From contig JAJBUL010000237.1 of assembly GCA_020860365.1 (NCBI GenBank), positions 1-61,761 on the forward strand: DNA of 61,761 nucleotides, given 5' to 3'. This document shows, one piece after another, positions 9,834 through 18,297 of the stretch. How positions within the stretch are numbered: position 1 is the stretch's first letter; each line of letters starts with the position of its first letter. A program made the translations under genes and the position numbers. Below the pieces are notes generated by a model that searched no databases, was not told where the DNA came from, and saw only the letters and a program-made list of their open reading frames with translations. The stretch comes from Clostridiales bacterium. GTDB lineage: Bacteria; Bacillota; Clostridia; Lachnospirales; Lachnospiraceae.

Positions 9834-10580
9834 TCAATGATATTCATTTTTATCCAAAAGATACGTCAGAATTCCATCAAAAATCGCCTGCACCACCCGG
9901 TCCTGGTACGTATCCTCCTGCAGCAGCGCCTCCTCTTCGGGATTTGTCAGAAACCCACATTCCACGATCACCGTCGTGCTGACCGACCTTTTTAATATGT
10001 AGTAAGTCGTATTGCCCTTCTGTACCCGCGGCCGCTCGATCTCCAGCTCCTCATTCAGGCTGTCCTGAATCGCCGTCGCCAGCTTTTCCCCTTCCGCCGA
10101 CTGTTCGTAATAAAACACCTGCGGTCCTTTCACGGAAGAATCCTCCGGGTAGCTGTTTTGATGAATGCTCACCGTCAGGACCGGATCCTCCTCCTCAATC
10201 ATCGCCACCCGCCGCTGCATATCCTGCGCTTTCTTATTCGACGCGTCCGCATCATACAAGCCATTCTCCGTCGTGCGTGTCAGCACCACCTCATACCCTT
10301 CCGCTTCCAGCAACACCGCCAGCTTTTGGGCGTAAATCAGATTCAGAACCTTTTCACTGACGCCGCTCTCGCCGATCATACCCGGGTCGTCACCTCCGTG
10401 TCCAGGATCAATAACAATCGTCTGTCCATTTTGTACCTCATTCATTTCCTCCGATGTGCGCGCTGCCCCGGATATCTCATTCTCCAGAAGGTTCGCCGCC
10501 TGCCAGTCTACCGCATATCTCGGCAGGATCAGTGCCGCCACAAATACGATAAGAATCATAAAATACTGAAACAGCTTCAC
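9834..10580 (-). CDS. N-acetylmuramoyl-L-alanine amidase (Amidase_3, CwlD-like)
   Basis: N-terminal TM; 'IVIDPGHGGDDPG', 'EKVLNL', 'VSIHQNS', 'IVECGFLTNPEE'; GTG 10580; SigE-like CATATATT at 10642-10635. Confidence 0.88.
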   Translation of the reverse strand: MKLFQYFMILIVFVAALILPRYAVDWQAANLLENEISGAARTSEEMNEVQNGQTIVIDPGHGGDDPGMIGESGVSEKVLNLIYAQKLAVLLEAEGYEVVLTRTTENGLYDADASNKKAQDMQRRVAMIEEEDPVLTVSIHQNSYPEDSSVKGPQVFYYEQSAEGEKLATAIQDSLNEELEIERPRVQKGNTTYYILKRSVSTTVIVECGFLTNPEEEALLQEDTYQDRVVQAIFDGILTYLLDKNEYH

Positions 10581-10727
10581 GCCTTTTCTGATTTTTTTCT
10601 CCAAACCCTGCACACCCAAAACACTGATTTCTATAATATATGAGGGAAAATTCAAAATAAGCAGTCTTATTTGTTTCGCGATGCCAGATGTCCGTTCGGA
10701 TTTACCAGAATGAACTGAGAAAACAAC

Positions 10728-10766
10728 AAATTCGTAACTGTGAAGCTACTGGGCAGTTACAAATTT
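10728..10766 (-). terminator. Intrinsic terminator downstream of the Rpn gene
   Basis: Inverted repeat aaattcgtaactg...cagttacaaattt followed by a T-rich tract on the minus strand. Confidence 0.6.
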
Positions 10767-10806
10767 TTATGTGATTTTGATCTCAGTTTAAACCGTAACG
10801 TTTTTT

Positions 10807-11070
10807 TTACTTTCGAAGCTCTTCTTCTGCAGCCTCTGCTCGCATTCGCTCAAATTCGGTATTTTTACGTTCTTCTTCACGGCGTTCTGCACGGCCCTCT
10901 TCACGGCCTTCCGCACGCCCTTCTGCACGCCCTTCTGCACGGCCTTCCGCACGCCCTTCTTTTATTCCTTCGCTTTTGGCTTCTTCCCAGGCTTCTTTTC
11001 GGGCATCTTCTCTCGCTTCTTCTTTTGCAACTTCTAAAGCATCATCCCAATTCCATTGTGTAAATAACAT
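10807..11070 (-). CDS. Putative internally initiated small Rpn protein (RpnS-like, 87 aa), in frame with Rpn
   Basis: GGAGGTG (11083-11077) lies 6 nt upstream of in-frame ATG 11070 (MLFTQWNWDDALEVAKEEA...). Confidence 0.6.
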   Translation of the reverse strand: MLFTQWNWDDALEVAKEEAREDARKEAWEEAKSEGIKEGRAEGRAEGRAEGRAEGREEGRAERREEERKNTEFERMRAEAAEEELRK

Positions 11071-11742
11071 ATTTTCCACCTCCGAACTGTGTTTGTTCAG
11101 AAAACCGGTCATAATTCCTTCTTGACGGCATCTTTTTATTGCATATGAGATCGCTTCTGCATTGCCTGCGCCTTCTTCCCTATAGTCGCGGATATACTCC
11201 ATAAAAGTGGAATACTCGGCCATGGGGCGGCATTTTGCCAGAATGCTGTGTCCTTTGTTTCGGTTAATGTTGATAATCTTTGTGGTGAGTTCCAGCATCC
11301 AAGGGCTTTGAATGTCAATAAATGCGTCTGAGAGTTTCTGTTCTTTCTCCAGCGGAAAATCTTTCGTCCCATTATAAAACACGTAGAACTCCGGTGTTGG
11401 TATTTTTATCAGATGCTCCCGATATAAATTACGAGAAGGAATCAGACTCTCTATCGTACGCCCGAAGTAAATCAGGTTTCGAAGCGGCATATTTTCATTG
11501 AGCGTGGACTGGTGTTCGCTGATTACAAGCACTCGTTTATTTACTGTGAATGCCAGATCATTTTTACGAGCCATAAAGAGTACACCTTCTAGTGTTCTGT
11601 ATTCGATATTTTCTGGCTTAGTGTCGCTTGTGCCTGCTATTGAGTCATATAATGCTGCCGCATTTTCTTTTTCACTGAAATATGCAGTGAATACAGATGC
11701 TTTTACTTCCCGGTTTCCGTAATCCTTGATTCTATTTGTCAT
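10807..11742 (-). CDS. Rpn family recombination-promoting nuclease / putative transposase (PD-(D/E)XK)
   Basis: 'KNDLAF...VISEHQSTLNENMPLR', 'IPTPEFYVFYNG', C-terminal (EGRA)n; AT-richer than the flanks. Confidence 0.85.
   Translation of the reverse strand: MTNRIKDYGNREVKASVFTAYFSEKENAAALYDSIAGTSDTKPENIEYRTLEGVLFMARKNDLAFTVNKRVLVISEHQSTLNENMPLRNLIYFGRTIESLIPSRNLYREHLIKIPTPEFYVFYNGTKDFPLEKEQKLSDAFIDIQSPWMLELTTKIININRNKGHSILAKCRPMAEYSTFMEYIRDYREEGAGNAEAISYAIKRCRQEGIMTGFLNKHSSEVENMLFTQWNWDDALEVAKEEAREDARKEAWEEAKSEGIKEGRAEGRAEGRAEGRAEGREEGRAERREEERKNTEFERMRAEAAEEELRK
10870..10965 (-). repeat. 12-bp tandem repeat encoding EGRA in the Rpn C-terminus
   Basis: Repeated gaagggcgtgca / gaaggccgtgca units. 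Confidence 0.9.
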
Positions 11743-12121
11743 TTAACAGCTGTCCTTTCCTGAATATGGTTTTACATTGTGAAACTGTGGAGCTTTCAGA
11801 AATAAGACAGCGCAACTGCAAATGTAATAATTGCCTTATGATTGCATTATACATGATATCGCCAGAAATAGCTATCTTTTTCTGAAAAATATTTCTTTTT
11901 TGCTTTCTCTTTAGGAACTAACGGCAGGTGAGTTTATGATTTGATTTGTCATAAGGCAAAGTAATTATAGATTGTTTAGAATTGGAAAATAAGCCTGCCA
12001 GACTTTACAAGCAGATATTAACACCGCTTAATGTCTTTGTCAATGTTTTTGGAGAAAATATTACGAAAAATAATGTTACTAACGAATGAAAAGGCATTCC
12101 ATATGATTGGACTTTTTATGA

Positions 12122-12150
12122 TTTACAGCCGGAAATGCTTGTGGTATAGT
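12122..12150 (+). promoter_or_regulatory. Putative sigma-A promoter of the D-2-hydroxyacid dehydrogenase
   Basis: TTTACA-N17-TATAGT with extended -10 TG. Confidence 0.6.
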
Positions 12151-12259
12151 TTGATATATGAGGGACGGGATATCAAAAGAAAAGTATGAAAAAACGGCTT
12201 ATAAAGCAGTAAAATACTCATATGTGAATTATTTTGGGTGAATAAAGGAGGATGTCTGG

Positions 12260-13240
12260 ATGAAATTATATATATACAGCATGCGGAAGTTCGATGAGCT
12301 TCCCTGTTTTGAAAAGTACTGTAGAAAATACGGGATTGCGTATGCTTACACGACGGAGACGCCGTGCCTGGAGAACCTGGACTACTGCAAGGGCTATGAG
12401 GTGGTGGATGTTATCACGACCGTGATTGACCGGCCGATGCTGGATCGGTTTCACGAGCTGGGCGTACGCTGCCTGACGACGCGTACGATCGGCTACGACC
12501 ACATAGACGTCGATTACGCGAAAAGTCTCGGCATTGGCGTAGTCCATGTGAGTTATTCGCCAAACAGCGTGGCAGATTATACGATCATGCTGATGCTCAT
12601 GGGATGCCGCCGGATGAAGCACATCATGGAGCGGGCTGCTGTTCAGGATTACACGCTGAAGGGCAAGCTCGGCCGCGAAATTCAGGACTGCACGGTGGGG
12701 ATTATCGGCACTGGCCGCATCGGACGGACGCTGATCCGCCATCTTTCCGGCTTTGGCTGCAAAATGCTCGCCTATGATATTTACGAGAGCGAGGAAGTAA
12801 AAGAATACGTGCAGTACGTAGATCTGGACACACTTTATGCGGAGTCAGACATTCTCACACTCCACGTGCCTGCAACGGAAGACAATTATCATATGATTGA
12901 CGCGCGGGCGATTGCCAAAATGAAGCAGGATGTGATTCTGATCAACTGCGCGCGTGGTTCTCTGGTAGATACCGACGCTCTGATCGACGGCATCGAAAGT
13001 GGAAAGATCGGCTTCGCCGGGCTGGATGTGGTGGAACACGAGAGTGGGCTGTATTATTTCAACCGCATGGGCGAGCCGCTGCATAATCCGAAGCTGGCAA
13101 TCCTGCGTTCCTATTCCAACGTTGTCGTCAGTCCGCACACCGCGTTTTACACGGATGAGGCTGTGGCCAATATGGCAGAAAACTCAATTCTCGGCGCGAT
13201 GGCGTTTATGAGTGGGGAAGAGACGCCGTTTCTGGTGTAA
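12260..13240 (+). CDS. D-lactate dehydrogenase-like D-2-hydroxyacid dehydrogenase (NAD-dependent)
   Basis: 'TRTIGYDHID', Rossmann 'GIIGTGRIG', 'INCARGSLVD', 'SPHTAFYT'; SD AAAGGAGG. Confidence 0.9.
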   Translation: MKLYIYSMRKFDELPCFEKYCRKYGIAYAYTTETPCLENLDYCKGYEVVDVITTVIDRPMLDRFHELGVRCLTTRTIGYDHIDVDYAKSLGIGVVHVSYSPNSVADYTIMLMLMGCRRMKHIMERAAVQDYTLKGKLGREIQDCTVGIIGTGRIGRTLIRHLSGFGCKMLAYDIYESEEVKEYVQYVDLDTLYAESDILTLHVPATEDNYHMIDARAIAKMKQDVILINCARGSLVDTDALIDGIESGKIGFAGLDVVEHESGLYYFNRMGEPLHNPKLAILRSYSNVVVSPHTAFYTDEAVANMAENSILGAMAFMSGEETPFLV

Positions 13241-13248
13241 GTATCGTC

Positions 13249-13286
13249 GAGCCGGACAGAGAACGAAAATCTCCTCTGTCCGGCTC
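13249..13286. terminator. Terminator hairpin between the convergent ldh-like gene and rplY
   Basis: gagccggacagag...ctctgtccggctc. Confidence 0.8.
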
Positions 13287-13295
13287 ATGAATTTT

Positions 13296-13880
13296 TTATG
13301 CTTCTTCCAGCGCAGCATCCTCGTCCTGTACCGCAGACATATGTGGCTCTGAAACGAGAACCACTACGGTATCCGGACTCGTGCCCAGCTCGATATCCGG
13401 GTTGGACGCGATCGCAAGGTCGCCTACTTTGATGGAATCTCCCGGCCGCATTTCACCGACATCAATTTCCACCTTTTCCACCAGTGCGGATGGCAGCGCC
13501 TTATATGGAATTTCCTCAAGCGCAAGCTGAAGAATTCCTGCCTGAATTTTATCGTGGTTCAGAAGAACTACTTCCGCAACCGAATGGACTTTTTCACTGC
13601 TCACGAGCGCCTGAAAATCCACCTCGTCATACTGATTTTTCATAGAATTGTAATGGACTTCCTTAATCAGAACATCCATCATCTGTCCATCGACATTCAG
13701 ATAGAGCTGGCTGCCTTTTTTCTTTTCCCGGAATGTACGTTCTGCTGCCTGCTTGTCAATCTGGATGGGGATAGAGCCTTCAATTTCCCGGCCAAATATA
13801 TTACCGGTCACATAGCCTTCCCGACGAAGCTTTTTTGCTTTTACCGACATGTCTCTTTTCTCAGCTTTTAAAGTATCCAT
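13296..13880 (-). CDS. rplY: 50S ribosomal protein L25 / general stress protein Ctc
   Basis: 'LKAEKR...KKLRREGYVTGNIFG', 'EVDFQAL', TL5 C-terminal domain 'GDSIKVGDL'; ATG 13880; extended -10 TGTTATAAT at 13985-13977. Confidence 0.88.
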   Translation of the reverse strand: MDTLKAEKRDMSVKAKKLRREGYVTGNIFGREIEGSIPIQIDKQAAERTFREKKKGSQLYLNVDGQMMDVLIKEVHYNSMKNQYDEVDFQALVSSEKVHSVAEVVLLNHDKIQAGILQLALEEIPYKALPSALVEKVEIDVGEMRPGDSIKVGDLAIASNPDIELGTSPDTVVVLVSEPHMSAVQDEDAALEEA

Positions 13881-14132
13881 ATTATCTCTTCCTTTCTTTA
13901 TGCTGATTGTTTGCAGACTTGCCACGCTGTAATAAGTGTATGATATGGTCTGTAGACATCTTTTTGTTACAAATGTATTATAACACGGAAATCAGTAAAA
14001 AAATCGCCAAAATGAATTGTTTTTATTCCGCTATATATGAAAAAATACCTGCTGAAGTTCACAACTCTTTCACAAAAAACCGAAAAGGATAATATCTGTT
14101 GCCAACCTGCATTCTCACCGCTGCTTTGTTCA

Positions 14133-14161
14133 TTGACTTTATCTGCGGAAAATGTTAGAGT
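14133..14161 (+). promoter_or_regulatory. Putative sigma-A promoter of the response regulator
   Basis: TTGACT-N17-TAGAGT with extended TG. Confidence 0.55.
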
Positions 14162-14321
14162 GAGCTGAAGATGCTCAGGAAACGTCAGTTAGCCATTTCC
14201 TGTAAATTATGTGCAGGCCAGTGCAAGATGTTTTGCGGCTTATGCCGCACCCGGCCCGCGCGGACGAGCAGGAGGCAGGGGGCGCCTCCTGTTCGATCCG
14301 CGGATAAGGATGTGAGGGAAA

Positions 14322-16031
14322 GTGACTGGGATCAGCATACTGATCGTAGATGATGACAGACTGCTTGTGGAAAAGATGAAGAATACAATGGACTGGGAAG
14401 GCCTGAATATTTCAGCGGTATTGACTGCCTATAATATTCGTCAGGCCGAAGACGTCTTGAATGCGTGTCCGGTTCAGATCCTGCTCTGCGATGTTGATAT
14501 GCCGCAGGGAAGCGGTCTGGAGCTTCTGGCCTGGATACGCAGTACCGGTCTGAAAGTAGAGTGTGTCTTTCTAAGCAGCTATGCGAATTTTACTTATGCG
14601 CAGAAGGCGCTCAGCCTTTCTGCATGTGAATATCTCCTGAAACCAATCGCGAACGTGGATTTGGAGCGCGTGTTGAAACGAGTGGTCGACAGTGTGCGGG
14701 AGAAAAGAAGATCGTCTGGTATACAGCCAGAGCCACCTGCATTGGACCGGAACAGGCTGTGGGAGAAGCTCCTGCTGCGGCAAGCTCCGTGGGATGATAT
14801 GATGCAGGAAAGCGCCACAAGCCGTCTTTTTAACCCGAAGGAAAAATTCTGCATGGTATTTATGTGTGTTCTGCCGTCAGCGTCAAGGAAGCCGGAAAAG
14901 AAAGAATCTGCTATCCTTGATTTCCAGATTCGCGACAGCGTGACAGATTTTTTCCAAAATATGGAGCAGAAAACAGGCAGAGAGGAACTGCCGGAAACAG
15001 AATGGGATTCGCGCAGAAGGGAACTGCCGGAAACAGAGAAAGATTCACGCAGAGAAGAATTGTCGGAAAAAGAGCAGGATTCACGCAGAAAAGAATTGCT
15101 GGAAGCTGTGGTACATATCAGTGAGCAGGAATGGATCCTGGTGATGCGCTGTGGGGAAGACTGGAAGACTATGAAGGAAACGATCCAGAATCTGGTGCGC
15201 TACCTGCGGCAGCAAATGGATCATCCGATGGCAGTCTGTGCTGGTACACCAACGCCTGTTGAAAATATGTCCGCAGGCATAGAACAGCTGGATGCCCTGA
15301 TTGCCAGTGTGGTAATGGATGAAGATGAAATCATCTTCGAAGACGACTGGACTATGAGAAAGAGAACCACCGCTGTTCCGTGGAAGGTATGGGAGAAGGA
15401 ACTGCTGGAGACCGGCAATGTCGCCCGTACAGAGGAGCGGATCCTGTATTATATTGATGAACAGAGGAAAAGCGACGGCTGGAACCGTAATTTTCTTTCC
15501 TGTTTTCTGCGAGAGCTAGAGCAGATGATGTATTTTTATCTGAACGAGTACGGATACAGCTACACCCAGCTTTTTGATGAACAGGAATTTGATAAATATG
15601 AAAGGGCGGCAAAGACGTCCGTTGGGAAAACGAAGGAATTCGTGCTCTATATTTTTGAAAAGCTGAAGGGTGGAAGGAAGGCGTTTACCAGCCAGGAAGA
15701 TGTGGTCTGCCGGATCAAAGAGTACATTGAGTCCCATCTCGGAGAAAACCTTTCGCGGTCCGTCCTTTCCCAGGAGGTATTTCTGTCGGAAGGGTATATA
15801 ACTCAGATATTTCTGAAGGAGACCGGCAGCTCACTTCCATCTTATATTGCCCAGCGGCGAATCGAAAAGGCCAAAGAATACCTGGAACACTCCGGACTTC
15901 CGGTAAGCCGTATTGCCAGTGAAGTGGGATATAATAATTTTTCTTATTTCTCAAAAACGTTCCGGGAGCTTGTCGGCTGCACGCCAAACGAATACCGGAC
16001 GTCTATTGATAAAAAAAGAAACCGTTTTTAA
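14322..16031 (+). CDS. YesN-type two-component response regulator (REC + AraC HTH)
   Basis: 'ILIVDDD', 'LCDVDMP', 'YLLKP'; C-terminal AraC 'IASEVGYNNFSYFSKTFRELVGCTPNEYR'. Confidence 0.92.
   Translation: MTGISILIVDDDRLLVEKMKNTMDWEGLNISAVLTAYNIRQAEDVLNACPVQILLCDVDMPQGSGLELLAWIRSTGLKVECVFLSSYANFTYAQKALSLSACEYLLKPIANVDLERVLKRVVDSVREKRRSSGIQPEPPALDRNRLWEKLLLRQAPWDDMMQESATSRLFNPKEKFCMVFMCVLPSASRKPEKKESAILDFQIRDSVTDFFQNMEQKTGREELPETEWDSRRRELPETEKDSRREELSEKEQDSRRKELLEAVVHISEQEWILVMRCGEDWKTMKETIQNLVRYLRQQMDHPMAVCAGTPTPVENMSAGIEQLDALIASVVMDEDEIIFEDDWTMRKRTTAVPWKVWEKELLETGNVARTEERILYYIDEQRKSDGWNRNFLSCFLRELEQMMYFYLNEYGYSYTQLFDEQEFDKYERAAKTSVGKTKEFVLYIFEKLKGGRKAFTSQEDVVCRIKEYIESHLGENLSRSVLSQEVFLSEGYITQIFLKETGSSLPSYIAQRRIEKAKEYLEHSGLPVSRIASEVGYNNFSYFSKTFRELVGCTPNEYRTSIDKKRNRF
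14979..15104 (+). repeat. In-frame 36-bp tandem repeat (REELPETEKDSR) in the response regulator linker
   Basis: About 3.5 copies of aga-ga(a/g)gaa(c/t)tgccggaaacaga...gattc(a/g)cgc. Confidence 0.85.
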
Positions 16032-16270
16032 CAAAAAAAGAGACAGAACAGGAAAAGATGCGAAATACAATATCGCTTCTTTTCCTGTTTTTTTGGCAAA
16101 AAATAGAAGGAAAAATGGTGGAAAATTGTGAACGACTGTTATAAAATAACCTCACAAAGAAAACACGTGTAAAAATGTAAGGCTTTACAAAAAAATCGGA
16201 ACCGAAAAAAACAGAAGCGAAAGGCAGAGCCGAAAAGCTCAAAACTGAAAGGAAGGAGGAAATCAGTGAA

Positions 16271-17206
16271 ATGAAAACAAAGGAGGCGCACATCGATCGG
16301 AAAAAAAACTTCCGCATAGGGGTCAGAAGAAGTATGCCTCTGTACCTGTTAATGCTTCCGTCCATTATTATTTTCCTGCTGTTTACCTATTATCCCATGT
16401 ACGGCGTCGTCATTGCTTTTAAGGATTACTCTCCCGCGCTGGGGATTATGGGGAGCCCCTGGGTAGGGTTGAAACATTTTAAACAGTTTTTCAACTCTTA
16501 CCAGTTCTGGCCGACGATCCGCAATACGCTGGTCATCAGCCTCTATACCATCCTGGTTACATTTCCACTGCCGATCGTGCTGGCGCTCCTGTGCAACCAG
16601 ATGCGGGCGGTAAAATTCAAAAAGTTTTTTCAGGTGGCGACCTATCTGCCGCACTTTATTTCCACCGTTGTCATGTGCGGAATGATTATTCTGTTTCTGT
16701 CACCATCCACGGGAATTATCGCGAAGATTGTCGGGCTCTTCGGCTTTACTCTTCCGAATCTGATGGGAGAGGCGTCAGCCTTCCCACATATCTACGTGTG
16801 GACAGAAGCCTGGCAGCATGTGGGATGGGACAGCATCCTGTATATAGCGACTTTGTCCGCGGTTGATCCGACCCTGTATGAAGCTGCGATTATGGATGGC
16901 GCGAATAAGTGGCACAGGGTGCTTCACATTGACGTACCGGCATTGCTTCCGACGGCGACGATTATGTTCATTATGCGGATGGGGAGTGTCATGAGTGTAG
17001 GTTTTGAAAAGGTATATCTACTGCAGAACACCCTGAACAGCAGTACGAGTGAAATTCTTTCTACCTATGTCTACAAAATGGGACTCATCAGCAATCAGTA
17101 CAGTCTGTCATCGGCGATTGGCCTGTTCAACAATGCCATAAACCTGATTTTGCTGGTTACAGTAAATCAGATTGCTAAGAAACTCAGCGATACATCCCTG
17201 ATTTAA
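16271..17206 (+). CDS. Carbohydrate ABC transporter permease (LplB/YteP family)
   Basis: 'SPWVGLKHF', 'YLPHFIS', EAA loop 'LYEAAIMDGA'. Confidence 0.93.
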   Translation: MKTKEAHIDRKKNFRIGVRRSMPLYLLMLPSIIIFLLFTYYPMYGVVIAFKDYSPALGIMGSPWVGLKHFKQFFNSYQFWPTIRNTLVISLYTILVTFPLPIVLALLCNQMRAVKFKKFFQVATYLPHFISTVVMCGMIILFLSPSTGIIAKIVGLFGFTLPNLMGEASAFPHIYVWTEAWQHVGWDSILYIATLSAVDPTLYEAAIMDGANKWHRVLHIDVPALLPTATIMFIMRMGSVMSVGFEKVYLLQNTLNSSTSEILSTYVYKMGLISNQYSLSSAIGLFNNAINLILLVTVNQIAKKLSDTSLI

Positions 17207-17230
17207 GGCAGAGGAGGAGAGGTAAACAAT

Positions 17231-18145
17231 ATGGGCAAAGAAGTTTCTGTTACTTCTGCAAAGAAGATTAAAAAATCCAGAGACGACAAAATATTTGATT
17301 TTATAATGTATACAATCGCAATTTTGCTGATCATTATCACGCTCTATCCGATGTACTTTATTGTAATCGCATCAATCAGCGATCCCACAGCAGTATCGAA
17401 TGGGGAACTGCTCTTTTTGCCGACCGGGATTAATCTGAAGGCTTACAAAGAGCTGCTGGGATACGCAAAGCTGTGGATCGGCTACCGAAATACGATTCTC
17501 TATGCGATACTTGGAACTGTGATTGTACTGGTCGTAAATATACCGGCATCCTACGCCCTGTCCAGAAAAAAGCTGTACGGCAAAAAATTGTTTACGTTTT
17601 TCTACCTGATCCCGATGTTTTTTACCGGCGGTCTGATTCCGACCTACCTGGCTGTAAAGAATTTTAATCTGCTGGATACCATCTGGGTAATGGTGCTGCC
17701 GTTCTCAGTGGTGCCATATTACATCATAGTAGGACGGACCTTCTTTAACAACAGTATTCCTGAGGAGCTGTGGGAAGCAGCGCAGCTGGACGGCTGCGGA
17801 TATATCGGATTTTTCTTCCGGGTAGTGCTGCCGCTCTCCAAAGCAGTACTCGCGGTGATTGCCCTGTGGGCGGCGGTGGGTCAGTGGAATTCTTATTTCA
17901 ACGCGCTCATTTACCTGAGAAGTGAGGAACTGCAGCCCCTGCAGATTGTCCTGCGAAATATCCTGATCAGCAATCAGACGATCAGCTCTATGACGACCGG
18001 GGCAGCAGCTGTGGAGGCGAAACAGATGGCTGATCTGATTAAATACGCAGTGATCGTTGTTTCATCCGCGCCGATTATGTGCCTGTATCCGTTTGTCCAG
18101 AAGTACTTTAATCAGGGTGTTATGCTGGGTTCGCTGAAAGGGTGA
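17231..18145 (+). CDS. Carbohydrate ABC transporter permease (LplC/YtcP family)
   Basis: 'MFFTGGLIPTY', 'EAAQLDG', 'YPFVQKYFNQGVMLGSLKG'. Confidence 0.93.
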   Translation: MGKEVSVTSAKKIKKSRDDKIFDFIMYTIAILLIIITLYPMYFIVIASISDPTAVSNGELLFLPTGINLKAYKELLGYAKLWIGYRNTILYAILGTVIVLVVNIPASYALSRKKLYGKKLFTFFYLIPMFFTGGLIPTYLAVKNFNLLDTIWVMVLPFSVVPYYIIVGRTFFNNSIPEELWEAAQLDGCGYIGFFFRVVLPLSKAVLAVIALWAAVGQWNSYFNALIYLRSEELQPLQIVLRNILISNQTISSMTTGAAAVEAKQMADLIKYAVIVVSSAPIMCLYPFVQKYFNQGVMLGSLKG

Positions 18146-18297
18146 GGAAGGCAACCAGAACGGCAAAAAGCGGGAAAAGCAGTAGAATCGATAAAACACA
18201 AAAGCAATGTAAAAAAGGAAAAGCAAAAAAAGCAATACAAAAGCAACAAAGGAAAGTCAACAAAAAAAGTTCAAAAATCAAAAGGAGGAACACAGCT

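Noticed and set aside
10807-11742. Active IS element
   Set aside because: No terminal inverted repeats or target duplication seen; Rpn/YhgA-like proteins are not demonstrated transposases.
12260-13240. vanH of a glycopeptide-resistance cluster
   Set aside because: Same enzyme family, but no D-Ala-D-Lac ligase, vanX or vanRS is adjacent; the gene is monocistronic.
18142-18297. Lys-rich N-terminal extension of the sugar SBP
   Set aside because: A-rich spacer; the strong SD and signal peptide place the start at 18298.
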